The notes: generated by a model not told the origin, from the letters alone. 64,000 nt of DNA from Thermoleophilia bacterium (GCA_040772045.1 JAXGYV010000006.1:8260-72259), one strand, 5' to 3'; counted from the stretch's first letter, positions 9,356 through 20,805 are shown. Made by a program: numbers and translations.

Positions 9356-11062
9356 ATGATCGAGACTGAAGCGCTCGGCTCAGAGGATGCTCGCCGCTCT
9401 ACCCTCGATGGTCCCCAAACGGCCGCCCAGCTCTTTGTGCGCTGTCTGGAGAACGAGGGAGTGGAATACGTATTCGGCATTCCTGGCGAGGAGACACTGG
9501 ATGTAAGCGAGGCGCTGGAAGCCTCGGAACAGATCGAGTTCATCCCCGTCCGCCACGAGCAAGGTGCGGCCTTCATGGCCGACGGCTACGGGCGTCTCAC
9601 CGGCCGTCCTGGCGTATGTCTGGCCACTTTGGGACCCGGCGCCACCAATCTCGCCACCGGCATCGCCGACGCCACGCTAGACCATGCGCCCATGGTGGCG
9701 CTCACGGGTCAGGTGGGCCTCTCTAGCATGCACAAAGAGACCCATCAGTACGTCGACATCGTCGACATGTTCAAGCCGATGACCAAGTGGAACGCGCGCG
9801 TGCACGATTCGCGCATCATCTCGGAGGCCGTGCGCAAGGCGTTCTCGGTCGCGGTGGCGGAAAAGCCGGGCGCTACGCATCTCGAGTTGCCCGCCGACGT
9901 GATGGCGTGGCCTACCGAGGGCGTGCCGCTGCATCGTCCTCCGGCCGCTGTTATGGAGCCTGACCAGGGCGCGTTGCAGCGGGCGGCCGAGCTCCTGCAA
10001 TCGGCGAAACGCCCGGTCGTGCTGGCCGGCAACGGAGTAGTCCGTCAGGGGGCGGCGTTGGCCCTCCGCGACTTCTGCCGGCGAACTGGTCTGCGGGTGA
10101 TCACCACCTTCATGGGCAAGGGTGTCATCGACGCCGCCGACGAGCATTTCCTGTTCACGGCCGGTCTGCGGGCACAGAACTACCCGCAAGGCATCATGGG
10201 ACGTGCCGATCTCATGGTCTGCATCGGGTACGACCTCGTGGAATGGGCACCCGCGGCCTGGAACCCGGACGGCAAGCTCAAGATCCTCTGCATCGATACC
10301 GCTCCACCGGAGATCGACGCGCACTACGTGCCCGAGGTCGAGCTGATCGGCAACATCAATCACGTGCTCAACCAGCTCGGCTGCATGCTGTGGAACAAGC
10401 CGTTGGCGAGCTTCAAAACGCCCTCGTACCACAAGGCCTTCGGCAGAGTCATGCAGGTGGGCGACGACAACGACTTCCCGATCAAGCCACAGCGGGTGTT
10501 GCACGATCTGCGCAGGGTGCTCGCCCCGGAAGACATCTTGGTGAGTGACGTGGGAGCACATAAGCTCTGGGTGTCGCGTTTCTGGGAGGCGCGCGAACCG
10601 AACACGGTGCTCATCTCCAACGGCTTCGCCGCCATGGGCTTCGGCCTGCCGGCGGCTATGGCGGCGAGCCTCGCCATGCGTGGACGGCGCAAGGTGGTGG
10701 CGATCGTCGGCGACGGCGGCTTCATGATGACCATGGCCGAGCTGGAGACGGCACGGCGGCTCAAGTTGCCGCTCGTCATCATTCTCTGGAGCGACGGAGC
10801 CTTCGGCCTCATCGAGATACATCAGAAACGTCGCTTTGGGCGCGTCATGGGCACTCGTTGGGAGAACCCCGACTTTCTGGCCCTGGCGCGCGCCTACGGC
10901 ATCGAGGGGGTGCGCATCGCTTCCGCCGGCGAGCTCGCTGGTGTGCTCGAGCGCGCCCTCAAGGCCGACGGCCCTGTGCTGATCGACGTCCCCATCGACT
11001 ACGCCGAAAACGAGAAGCTGAGCATCGACCTCTGGAAGCTGGTGCCAACCGTCATCGAGTGA
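9356..11062 (+). CDS. Acetolactate synthase large subunit-like TPP-dependent enzyme
   Basis: FGIPGEE, RHEQGAAFMA, TLGPGATN and the TPP motif GDGGF. No small subunit gene is adjacent. Confidence 0.88.
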   Translation: MIETEALGSEDARRSTLDGPQTAAQLFVRCLENEGVEYVFGIPGEETLDVSEALEASEQIEFIPVRHEQGAAFMADGYGRLTGRPGVCLATLGPGATNLATGIADATLDHAPMVALTGQVGLSSMHKETHQYVDIVDMFKPMTKWNARVHDSRIISEAVRKAFSVAVAEKPGATHLELPADVMAWPTEGVPLHRPPAAVMEPDQGALQRAAELLQSAKRPVVLAGNGVVRQGAALALRDFCRRTGLRVITTFMGKGVIDAADEHFLFTAGLRAQNYPQGIMGRADLMVCIGYDLVEWAPAAWNPDGKLKILCIDTAPPEIDAHYVPEVELIGNINHVLNQLGCMLWNKPLASFKTPSYHKAFGRVMQVGDDNDFPIKPQRVLHDLRRVLAPEDILVSDVGAHKLWVSRFWEAREPNTVLISNGFAAMGFGLPAAMAASLAMRGRRKVVAIVGDGGFMMTMAELETARRLKLPLVIILWSDGAFGLIEIHQKRRFGRVMGTRWENPDFLALARAYGIEGVRIASAGELAGVLERALKADGPVLIDVPIDYAENEKLSIDLWKLVPTVIE

Positions 11063-11184
11063 CGCCGGCGGCCGCGGTCGATGGACTCTCCGCGGTGGCC
11101 GCGATCAACGGCGTCCGCTGAACGAAGAGGGCGGTCGGCGAGGGCAGAAAAGGCGCGGCGCCGCACGCAGCCCGTGGGTCGGCG

Positions 11185-11622
11185 CTACCCCTCCAGCATA
11201 ATGGTCACCGGACCATCGTTGACCAGCTCCACACACATGTGCGCGCCGAACGTACCCGTCCGCACCGGCACGCTGGCGGCGCGCAGGGCGTCGATGAAGA
11301 CGGTGTAGAGGCGCTCGCCGTGCTCTGGTCCCGCCGCCTCGGTAAAGCTAGGGCGGTTCCCTCTCCGTGCGTCCGCATAGAGGGTGAACTGCGAGACGGC
11401 GAGCACGGCGCCGCCAACGTCGGCGAGAGCGAGGTTCATGAGACCCGCCTGGTCGTCGAAAATACGCAGGCGGGTCGTTTTCGCCGCGAGGCGCGCGGCG
11501 GTCTGCTCCGTGTCGCCGTGTGCCACGCCGACCAGACAGAGCAGACCTCTGCCGATAGCTCCGACCTCCTGGTCAGCTACGGTGACGCGAGCGCTGGATA
11601 CTCTCTGGATCAAGATTCGCAT
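11185..11622 (-). CDS. dtd: D-aminoacyl-tRNA deacylase
   Basis: MRILIQRV, SQFTLYAD..RGNRPSF and FGAHM.VELVNDGPVT. This is the real C-terminal part of track ORF 11185..12771. Confidence 0.95.
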   Translation of the reverse strand: MRILIQRVSSARVTVADQEVGAIGRGLLCLVGVAHGDTEQTAARLAAKTTRLRIFDDQAGLMNLALADVGGAVLAVSQFTLYADARRGNRPSFTEAAGPEHGERLYTVFIDALRAASVPVRTGTFGAHMCVELVNDGPVTIMLEG

Positions 11623-11639
11623 GAACGTATTGTACGCTG

Positions 11640-11666
11640 TTGGCACTCTCGCCAAGTGAGTGCTGA
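11640..11666. promoter_or_regulatory. CIRCE element 1 (HrcA operator)
   Basis: TTGGCACTC-N9-GAGTGCTGA upstream of groES. Confidence 0.9.
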
Positions 11667-11683
11667 AGGGACCGACTCCGTGT

Positions 11684-11712
11684 TTGACAGGTGGGCGTCG
11701 TGGCCATACCAT
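11684..11712 (+). promoter_or_regulatory. Housekeeping sigma promoter of groESL
   Basis: TTGACA-N17-TACCAT, lying between the two CIRCE boxes. Confidence 0.8.
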
Positions 11713-11729
11713 ACCGGACCGCGACGAAA

Positions 11730-11756
11730 GTGGCACTCTCAACTCGAGAGTGCCAG
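11730..11756. promoter_or_regulatory. CIRCE element 2 (HrcA operator)
   Basis: GTGGCACTC-N9-GAGTGCCAG. Confidence 0.9.
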
Positions 11757-11790
11757 CCAGCACATCCATGGATGCAAGGAGGGTAGCTGA

Positions 11791-12084
11791 ATGAAACTGA
11801 AGCCGCTCGAAGACCGCGTCGTCGTCAAGGCCGTGGAGGAAGAGGAGAAGACGGCCAGCGGCATCGTGCTCCCCGACACCGCCAAGGAGAAGCCTATGAA
11901 GGGCGAGGTCCTCGCGGTCGGTCAGGGGAAGTGGGACGAGGACGGCCAGAAGCGCATTCCCGTGGACGTCAAGGTCGGCGATAAGGTGATCTACGGCAAG
12001 TACTCGGGCACCGAGTACAAGACGCCGGAGGGCGACGAAGTGCTCATCCTGCGTGCCAGCGAGATCCTCGCCATCATCGAGTAG
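11791..12084 (+). CDS. groES: Co-chaperonin GroES
   Basis: [25 protein letters not shown] and KYSGTE. Confidence 0.98.
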   Translation: MKLKPLEDRVVVKAVEEEEKTASGIVLPDTAKEKPMKGEVLAVGQGKWDEDGQKRIPVDVKVGDKVIYGKYSGTEYKTPEGDEVLILRASEILAIIE

Positions 12085-12100
12085 GAAGGAAGGAGGCTGA

Positions 12101-13723
<1,623 letters not shown>

Positions 13724-13790
13724 GCCGGAAGGACAACGCGTACCGCTGCGCCAGGGCGGCAGATGCTCCAGCTCAGGCGCGACGAGAGCT

Positions 13791-13816
13791 ATGGGGCGGC
13801 CGTACGGCCGCCCCAT
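13791..13816 (+). terminator. Intrinsic terminator hairpin after groEL
   Basis: Perfect palindrome ATGGGGCGGCCGTACGGCCGCCCCAT followed shortly by TTTCTT. Confidence 0.75.
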
Positions 13817-13904
13817 GGCGTTTCTTCATCTGTCTCTACGGCATATGCTGTGCGAATCGTCGGATGCACATGGCGTGGTGGGCGAGAGACAGGGGTGTGG
13901 CCCG

Positions 13905-14141
13905 ATGGGCTATGAGGCGCAGCCGAATCCGCATCGGCTCATTGTGACGGGGCCGCTTCGCGACGCGCTGTACGAACGCTTTGCACGTCTCTACAACGGT
14001 CGTGTCGATGTGGAGGTCGTGAAGGATCGTCGGTATGCGGACCGCCGTGGAACGACGCGTGCGGTGGTGCGGGATCGCCGGCGAGGTAGCGATCGGCGTT
14101 GGCGCACGCCAGACTGGGTGTTCCCGCCGGAGATCGCCTGA
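13905..14141 (+). CDS. Small hypothetical protein with DRR repeats
   Basis: AGGGGTG RBS then ATG 13905; 78 aa containing DRRYADRR...RDRRRGSDRR. Confidence 0.6.
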   Translation: MGYEAQPNPHRLIVTGPLRDALYERFARLYNGRVDVEVVKDRRYADRRGTTRAVVRDRRRGSDRRWRTPDWVFPPEIA

Positions 14142-14224
14142 TGCCCGATGCCGTGGGGACTGTCGATCGGATATCATCGAGCTGTTCATCCCTTCTCCTT
14201 TGTTGACCCCGGAGGTAGCTGCGC

Positions 14225-15037
14225 ATGTTGTTGATGGGTGAATCGATCAACGGGACGCGCCGGCAAGTCGGAGAGGCCATCCAGGCGCGCGATGCGGATT
14301 TCATCAAGCAGCTTGCGCTCGACCAGGTCAACGCGGGGGCGAGGGTCCTCGACGTCAACGGAGGGGTCGCGGGCGGTAACGAGACCGACGACCTCCTCTG
14401 GCTGATCGAGGTGGTACGTGGGGTTACCGATACGCAGCTCATGATTGACTCGGCTAGCCCGGAAGCTCTGGCTGCCGGCGTAGAGGCGGCTTTGGCGAAC
14501 GGTGGCGCCACGCCGCTCATCAACTCGATCAGCGGCGAGCAGTCGCGCATCGACGTCGTCATTCCGTTGGTGGAGCAGTACAGATGCCCCGTCGTCGGCC
14601 TCTGTCTGGGCGATGAGGGAATCCCCTCGACGGCCGAGGGCCGTCTCGCGGTGGCCGAGCGCCTCGTCAATCTGGTGACCGCCGCTGGATTGCCCTCGGA
14701 GGATCTGTGGATTGATCCCCTCGTCCTCGCCATCTCCGCGGATACGCAAGCGGCGCTGGTGAGCATGGGCACCTTAAAGCTCGTCAAGGAACGTCTCCCC
14801 GTACGCACCACCGCCGGCCTCAGCAACGTCAGCTTCGGCCTGCCGAACCGTGCGCTCCTGAATCGCACGTTCGTGGCCATGTGCGCAGGTATCGGCATCG
14901 ACGGCATCATCGTGGATGTACGAGACAAGCAGATGATGGCTACTGTCCGGGCCATCGAGGCGTTGCGCGGCGAAGACGCCTACTGCGGTGGCTACCTGAA
15001 GTGTCATCGTCAAGGGCTCCTGGAGGCGCGAGACTGA
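14225..15037 (+). CDS. Methyltetrahydrofolate:corrinoid methyltransferase (AcsE/MT2-like pterin-binding enzyme)
   Basis: GESINGTR, LDVNGG, LMIDS, LINSISGE, IDPLV and GLSNVSFGLPNR; GGAGGT RBS. Confidence 0.88.
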   Translation: MLLMGESINGTRRQVGEAIQARDADFIKQLALDQVNAGARVLDVNGGVAGGNETDDLLWLIEVVRGVTDTQLMIDSASPEALAAGVEAALANGGATPLINSISGEQSRIDVVIPLVEQYRCPVVGLCLGDEGIPSTAEGRLAVAERLVNLVTAAGLPSEDLWIDPLVLAISADTQAALVSMGTLKLVKERLPVRTTAGLSNVSFGLPNRALLNRTFVAMCAGIGIDGIIVDVRDKQMMATVRAIEALRGEDAYCGGYLKCHRQGLLEARD

Positions 15038-15294
15038 AGGGCAGCAGTGGCCGCCGACGCAGCGCTTCGGCTCGTCCGGCGCGGTGTGTCACGTATGAGC
15101 ATGGCGGCCATAGGGGCGCGCTCGACGTGGACGCGGAGCGTCTCTCCAGTCACATGTCCCGTCGACTCCGGCCGCTCAGCCGTGTGCCGCTGAACGGTCG
15201 GAGGCAACGACTGCTCAGTCAGCCTGTCCACGGACTCGCGTTCTTTTTGGACATCGTGTAATGTCCTATTCGTCAAGGGGGAGGCAGAGGGGAC

Positions 15295-16950
15295 ATGATC
15301 ACTGTACAGGACATTTTGGACATCCCAGACCTCAATCTGCGGTTGCTGGCAGGTGCCAAGGCGACCAGCAACCCGGTACGCTGGGTGCACATCGCGGAGG
15401 TTCCCGACCCGACACAGTGGCTTAAGGGCGGCGAGCTGTTGTTGACCACGGGGTACGGTTTGACGGGCCCCAAAGAGCGCATCCTGAGTGGCCTGAAGCG
15501 CCTCATCGACCATAATCTGTCTGGCTTGGGCTTGGGTGTGGGCTTCAGTTTCGACGAAGTGCCCGCGGAGATGATCGAGATGGCGGAGGAGCACAACTTC
15601 CCCCTGTTCGAGATCCCCTACAGCATCCCGTTCATCGCCATCACTGAGGCTGTCTCGTCGAAGATCGTCAATGAGCAGTACTCGCTGCTCCAGCGCAGCT
15701 TGGCGGTGCACGAGAAGCTCACCAAGATCGTACTTGAGGAAAAGGGGCTCGACGCTATCCTGTCGACGCTCTCGGCGCTCGTTGGCTGCGCGGCTGTGCT
15801 GTTCGATTTCCACGGTCTGGTGCTCTGTGAGACCTCGTACCGGCGGAAGCTGCCCAGCGGTCTGATTACCGATCTCTGGAGGCAGATATCCGACCGGCGG
15901 GCGAGCAGGCAGGATTTCTCCGTGGGGCTCGACGGCTTCGGCGGTGGCGTGCAGGTATACCCGGTAGTCGCCTCTCACCGCATCGGGGCTTTCCTCGCTG
16001 TCGTCAAAGACAGTGGCGATTTCTCGGACTACGACCGCATCATCCTGCACCACGTGGTCACTGTTACGGCGCTCGAGCTGGTGAAAAAGAAGGCGGTGGC
16101 GGAGACCGAGAAGCGCCTGGCGGGCGATTTCTTCGACGAGCTCATCGCCAGCGATCTCTACGAAGAGGAGATCGCTCGCCGACTCGCCTTCTTCGGGCTC
16201 GATCCCGAGGCCGAGCACCTCATCATGCTGGTCGACATCGACGGCCTCAAGGCGTTTCGCGAGGGCGAGCGCGAGGAAGCGATCGTGCTCGACATCAAGG
16301 AACGTCTGCATTGGGCGGTCGACGAGTTCCTCGCCAAACGATCGTGTGCTTTCATCTCCGCTTCTCGCAGCGACGCGATCGTGGTGTTGGCGCAACTCGG
16401 ACTGGGGATCTCGGCTGGCATCATGCCGCTCGCGCAAGAGCTGCATGCCACGGTCGCCGAGATGCTTCCGGAGATCGGCGTATCCATCGGCCTCGGCAGG
16501 CCGCACAAACTGCTCGTCGATCTGCGGCAGAGCTACTACGAGGCGCACTACGCGATCAAGATCCGCAAGCTCAAAGGAGATTCTCGGGTCATCGCGAGCT
16601 TCGACGACCTTGGGTCGTACGGCCTGCTCCTCGGGCTGCAGGACACGCTGTCGCTCGAGGTCTTCTACGACAGCGTCCTCGGTGCACTGCGGGAGTACGA
16701 CGAGGAGAGTTCCAGCGACTTGGTGAAGAGCCTCGCCTACTTCCTCGAGGCCAACGGCCACTGGGGAGACGCTGCCGAGCGTCTCTACGTCCATCGGCAC
16801 ACGCTTCGCTATCGAATGAAGCGTGTGGAAGAGATCACAGGGCGGAGTCTGGACTCGGCGCAAGACCGCATGGAGTTCTGGCTCGCGCTCAAGGCGCGGG
16901 AACTCATCGACCAGGCGGCGAAGAAGCCGAAGATGCTGCGCGATACCTGA
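15295..16950 (+). CDS. PucR/CdaR-family transcriptional regulator
   Basis: N-terminal VRWVHIAE..DPTQWLKGGELLLTTG ligand domain, central GGDEF-like region and C-terminal HTH AAERLYVHRHTLRYRM. Confidence 0.94.
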   Translation: MITVQDILDIPDLNLRLLAGAKATSNPVRWVHIAEVPDPTQWLKGGELLLTTGYGLTGPKERILSGLKRLIDHNLSGLGLGVGFSFDEVPAEMIEMAEEHNFPLFEIPYSIPFIAITEAVSSKIVNEQYSLLQRSLAVHEKLTKIVLEEKGLDAILSTLSALVGCAAVLFDFHGLVLCETSYRRKLPSGLITDLWRQISDRRASRQDFSVGLDGFGGGVQVYPVVASHRIGAFLAVVKDSGDFSDYDRIILHHVVTVTALELVKKKAVAETEKRLAGDFFDELIASDLYEEEIARRLAFFGLDPEAEHLIMLVDIDGLKAFREGEREEAIVLDIKERLHWAVDEFLAKRSCAFISASRSDAIVVLAQLGLGISAGIMPLAQELHATVAEMLPEIGVSIGLGRPHKLLVDLRQSYYEAHYAIKIRKLKGDSRVIASFDDLGSYGLLLGLQDTLSLEVFYDSVLGALREYDEESSSDLVKSLAYFLEANGHWGDAAERLYVHRHTLRYRMKRVEEITGRSLDSAQDRMEFWLALKARELIDQAAKKPKMLRDT

Positions 16951-17094
16951 GGCGGTCTTCAGGGCACGATCAGGAGGGGATGCCTCAGGATTCGGCATCG
17001 CTTTTGGCCGAACAACTCGCGTGATTCCTCACTGGCGGTGCGGGGTATGCGAACCCCCGGCAGCAACCCAGCGATTCCCGAAAGGATGTGACTG

Positions 17095-17442
17095 TTGAGT
17101 ACCGCGCTCTTCGTTGGCCATGCACGACCTCCGGCGAACACGGTGACGGGGCAGCTCTACAGGGTTCTGAGCGTTGTGCTTGAAGTCGATCTGGTGACGG
17201 GTACCATCGTCGCCGCCGATGTGAGCGTCTCCTCGCCGGTCGTGCGCGATTTCCTCGTGCGTTTACTGGTGGGCAAGAGCCTCATGGGCGAACTCGGGAC
17301 GATCACCCGAGACGTGGAACGCACGTACCACTCCGCCACGCAGAAGGCGGTGGTGCAAGCTCTCAACGACGCGGGCAACAAGTTCATGTCGTATTTCCTG
17401 AAGCAGGCCTCGTCATCCTTCGGCGACCTCTCACGATACTAA
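17095..17442 (+). CDS. DUF3870-like protein
   Basis: VGHARPP.N....LY......LEVD..TG.IV.AD and Y...TQKAV.QAL pattern; GAAAGGA RBS with TTG start. Confidence 0.7.
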   Translation: MSTALFVGHARPPANTVTGQLYRVLSVVLEVDLVTGTIVAADVSVSSPVVRDFLVRLLVGKSLMGELGTITRDVERTYHSATQKAVVQALNDAGNKFMSYFLKQASSSFGDLSRY

Positions 17443-17952
17443 CCCTGTTGCGGAATCCCATGGTATAGTGCATTGGCCTTCTGTCGCCGCGGCTGTGGCG
17501 ACAGCGGCGTGTTCAGGCCTTCGCTGGCACAACGGCTGGGGTGTTCCCCACTGCTTCGCGCGGTGACCGTCCCCCGCCCGGCCGACGCAGCTGAACCGGA
17601 CTCTTCGCACCTGCTCGATGTGGAGCGCGGAGGATCAGGTCGCATGTTGCTCGGTTGTTCGATCAGCTTTTGGCCTCGCCATCACCGAAGCAAGCCCCTG
17701 CGCCAGGGCAGGGGTTGCGGCCCTCTCTGCCCTCTGTCTCCTCTCTCCTGCCTCGAACGCGTTTGCGGTGTTGTATCCGGCGTTCCACTGCGTGTTCCCC
17801 GTGGCGTTCGGTTCGCATCCGCGGTGTTCCCCATCCCTTTCTCCCGGTCCTTTGTGTGCGCTCGTCGAAAGGGGGTGATGCTCAGCGCGCCACGAGTGGC
17901 GCCGTCGAGGGCGCCGTATGGCCATCCAGATCGTTACCCAGGAGGAGGCTGA

Positions 17953-18945
17953 ATGCCCATGGCTGGCAAGTACGATCCGGTGATCGAGAAGATCCCGGCG
18001 CAGGACTCACGGCCGGAGGTTGTCATCAGGCAGGCCGGTGACGGGTTCATCCAGATGGAGTACTTCGCTACTCCGCGCTTCGATATGGTGGACTCGTTCC
18101 GCATCCAGACCATCGACAAGATCGTCAAAGAGAACGCGCCCAAGGGGCTTATCGAAACCGTGCCCTCGCTGCGGGCGAACCTATTCCACTTCGATCCGGA
18201 GGTCTGCGACCGCCGTGCGCTCATCAAGGTGATCGAGGAGGCAGAGGCCAGCCTCGAGCACGTTGAGGACATCGAGTTCGATTCGCGGATCATCCGTCTA
18301 CCCATTGCCTTCGAGGACAGCGAGACGAAGAAGGCAGTCGCGAAGTACGAGAAAGAAGTGCGGCCCGGCGCGCCCAATGTCATCAACGGCTACAACATCG
18401 AGTACATGGCCCTGGTCAACGGCTGTTCGGTGCAGACCGTCAAAGACGCGGTGACCAAGACCGATTGGTTCGACAGCGGGAACGGCTTCTGGCCGGGTGG
18501 CGGCTTCTTCTGGCCCCTCGATCCGCGCTACGCACTCGTCGTGCCCAAGTACAATCCGCCGCGTACGTGGACCCCGGAGGGAACGGTCGGCATCGGCGGT
18601 CCCTGCCTCTTCGTCTATACGACGCCCACCGGCGGCGGCTACCAGCTTTTCGGCCGCAGCATCCCGGTCTTCCAGTTCGCTCAGAAGCACCCGATGTTCA
18701 AGGACGGCCCCACGCTGTTCCGCGCCGGCGACCGCCTGAAGTTCCACGAGGTTTCAGAGGAAGAGGTGGTGGAGGTCTACAGCCACGTTCACGGGCCGCA
18801 GTACGACTACGAGTACGACATCACCGAGGACGTCTTCAAGGTCAAGGACTACCTCGACTTCCGCAACCAGCCTGAGGTGCAGGAGGGTGCCCGCAAGTTC
18901 CAGGAGGCACAGGCCGAGGCCGTCAAGACCGCTCCAAAGCTGTGA
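17953..18945 (+). CDS. Carboxyltransferase domain protein (AHS1/CT_C_D, urea-carboxylase-like)
   Basis: IRQAGD, VVPKYNPPRTWTPEGTVGIGG and GGYQLFGRS; GGAGGAGG RBS. Confidence 0.85.
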   Translation: MPMAGKYDPVIEKIPAQDSRPEVVIRQAGDGFIQMEYFATPRFDMVDSFRIQTIDKIVKENAPKGLIETVPSLRANLFHFDPEVCDRRALIKVIEEAEASLEHVEDIEFDSRIIRLPIAFEDSETKKAVAKYEKEVRPGAPNVINGYNIEYMALVNGCSVQTVKDAVTKTDWFDSGNGFWPGGGFFWPLDPRYALVVPKYNPPRTWTPEGTVGIGGPCLFVYTTPTGGGYQLFGRSIPVFQFAQKHPMFKDGPTLFRAGDRLKFHEVSEEEVVEVYSHVHGPQYDYEYDITEDVFKVKDYLDFRNQPEVQEGARKFQEAQAEAVKTAPKL

Positions 18946-18975
18946 CCGTCAACCTGATGATTGGAGGATGAAGCG

Positions 18976-19962
18976 ATGCTGAAAGTCATCAAGGGAGGCA
19001 TCGAGAGCGTTGTGGAGGACTGGCCAGGTCGCGTGGGCTACCTGGATAACGGTATGGCTTCCTCGGGGGCGTTCGACCCGGTTGCGCTCGGTCTCGGCAA
19101 CGTGTGCGTCGGAAATCCCTCGGGCGAGGCCGGCATTGAGATCGCCGGCGGGTACTTCGAGGCAAGCTTCGAGGACGACGCCGTGATCGCCGTCACCGGC
19201 AGCGACATGAAAGCGACGGTCAACGACCAGCCGATCCCGATGTACGAGGCGGTGAAAGTCAACAAGGGCGACGTGATCAAGTTCTCGCACTTTGGCGAGT
19301 TCGGCTTCCGCGGCTACCTAACCGTCGCCGGCGGCATCGACGTGCCCGTCTATCTGGGGAGCAAGTCGACCTGCATCTTCGGCAGCTACGGCGGGTTCGA
19401 GGGCCGCAAGCTGCAGCCGGGCGACGAAGTGAAGATCGGCACACCATCCGCAAGCCTGGACGCCCTCGCCGGCCGCAAGATCAGGGGCGACAAGCGGCCG
19501 CGGATGGAGCGCGACTGGCAGCTGCGGTCCATCGTGGGCCCTCAGGCCTACCCCGATTACGTGACCGAGCAGGGTATGGACAGTCTCTTTGGCAAGCCCT
19601 ACAAGGTGTCGCTGACCTCTAACCGCTCCGCCTACCGCGTCGCCGAGATCGACCCGGAGACCTTCTTCGCCCGACCGGACGGCGGCGTCGGCGGCAGCCA
19701 CCCGTCCAACATCCTCGACAACGCCTACGCGATTCGCGGGACGATGAACGTGTGCGGCAACACGCCGATCCTGCTGATCGCCGACGGCCCCACCCTGGGC
19801 GGCTACATGAACCCCCTCCAGGTTATCCAGGCCGACCTGTGGAAGATCGGCCAGGGCACGCCGGGACGCGACAACTTCGTCTTCGTCCAGAGCACGCCCG
19901 AGGAGGCCATCGAGGCACGCAGGTCGATGCGTGAGTGGCTGAGCGAGGCGTCTCTCGCCTGA
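18976..19962 (+). CDS. Biotin-dependent carboxyltransferase family protein (AHS2/CT_A_B)
   Basis: DWPGRVGY, SGAFD, YLTVAGGIDVPVYLGSKST, HPSNILD and DGPTLGGY. Confidence 0.88.
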   Translation: MLKVIKGGIESVVEDWPGRVGYLDNGMASSGAFDPVALGLGNVCVGNPSGEAGIEIAGGYFEASFEDDAVIAVTGSDMKATVNDQPIPMYEAVKVNKGDVIKFSHFGEFGFRGYLTVAGGIDVPVYLGSKSTCIFGSYGGFEGRKLQPGDEVKIGTPSASLDALAGRKIRGDKRPRMERDWQLRSIVGPQAYPDYVTEQGMDSLFGKPYKVSLTSNRSAYRVAEIDPETFFARPDGGVGGSHPSNILDNAYAIRGTMNVCGNTPILLIADGPTLGGYMNPLQVIQADLWKIGQGTPGRDNFVFVQSTPEEAIEARRSMREWLSEASLA

Positions 19963-20000
19963 GCACCGGTCTGTTCACGCGTCTGAGAGGTGAAGAACGT

Positions 20001-20750
20001 ATGGACATCAACGTCGACATGGGAGAGAGCTTCGGTCGCTACACCCTCGGCAACGATGAGGGCATCATGCAGGCGGGAGCCACCTCCGCGAACATCGCCA
20101 CCTGCTTCCACGCCGGCGACCCCACGGTACTGGTGCGTACGGTGAAGTGGGCCAAACAGTACGGCGTGGCGGTTGGGGCGCATACGGGCCTGCCAGACAA
20201 GCAGGGTTTCGGTCGTCGGCGCATGGACATTACGGCCGATGAGCTGGTCGCCGACACGCTCTACCAGATCGGCGCCATCGCTGCCGTGTGCAAGGTTGTC
20301 GGCGTGCCTCTGCAGCACGTCAAGCCGCACGGCATCCTCTACCGCATGGTCTCCGAGGACGAGAAGTACATCGACGCGTTCCTCGACGCCGTCGCCGCGT
20401 ACGACGAGAACCTGTGGATCATGATCCCGCGCTCCACCCCGATCTACGACAGGGGCGTTGCCAAGGGTCTAAAGATGGCCGGCGAGGCGCTCATCGACCT
20501 TGGTTACGACGATGAGGGCAACTGGGTGATCGAGCGGGTCAAGGTGGAGCGTTCGGCGCAGGACGTGGCCAACAGGGCTGTGGGGGTCGCAAAGGAAGGC
20601 AAGATCGACACAGTGAGCGGCAAGCTCATCGACATCGAGGCGGTCACCGTGTGCTGCCACGGCGATGCTCCGAACGCGGTGGATGAAGTGAGGGCTGTGG
20701 CCCAGGCGCTCAAGGCGGCAGGGGTGCCCGTGGCGTCGCTGGGCGCCTAG
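20001..20750 (+). CDS. pxpA: LamB/YcsF family protein (5-oxoprolinase subunit A-like)
   Basis: DINVDMGESFG, SANIATCFHAGDP, GFGRR, HVKPHG.LY and TVCCHGD.P.A. Confidence 0.88.
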   Translation: MDINVDMGESFGRYTLGNDEGIMQAGATSANIATCFHAGDPTVLVRTVKWAKQYGVAVGAHTGLPDKQGFGRRRMDITADELVADTLYQIGAIAAVCKVVGVPLQHVKPHGILYRMVSEDEKYIDAFLDAVAAYDENLWIMIPRSTPIYDRGVAKGLKMAGEALIDLGYDDEGNWVIERVKVERSAQDVANRAVGVAKEGKIDTVSGKLIDIEAVTVCCHGDAPNAVDEVRAVAQALKAAGVPVASLGA

Positions 20751-20805
20751 GGAGAGTTGGCGACCTTCATGAAAGCGTGAAAGCAACGGAAGAAGGAGTA
20801 AGCAG

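Noticed and set aside
17541-17832. GTGTTCCCC copies resembling the start of a type I-E CRISPR repeat
   Set aside because: Only 9 bp match, spacing is irregular, the rest of the repeat is absent and there are no cas genes.
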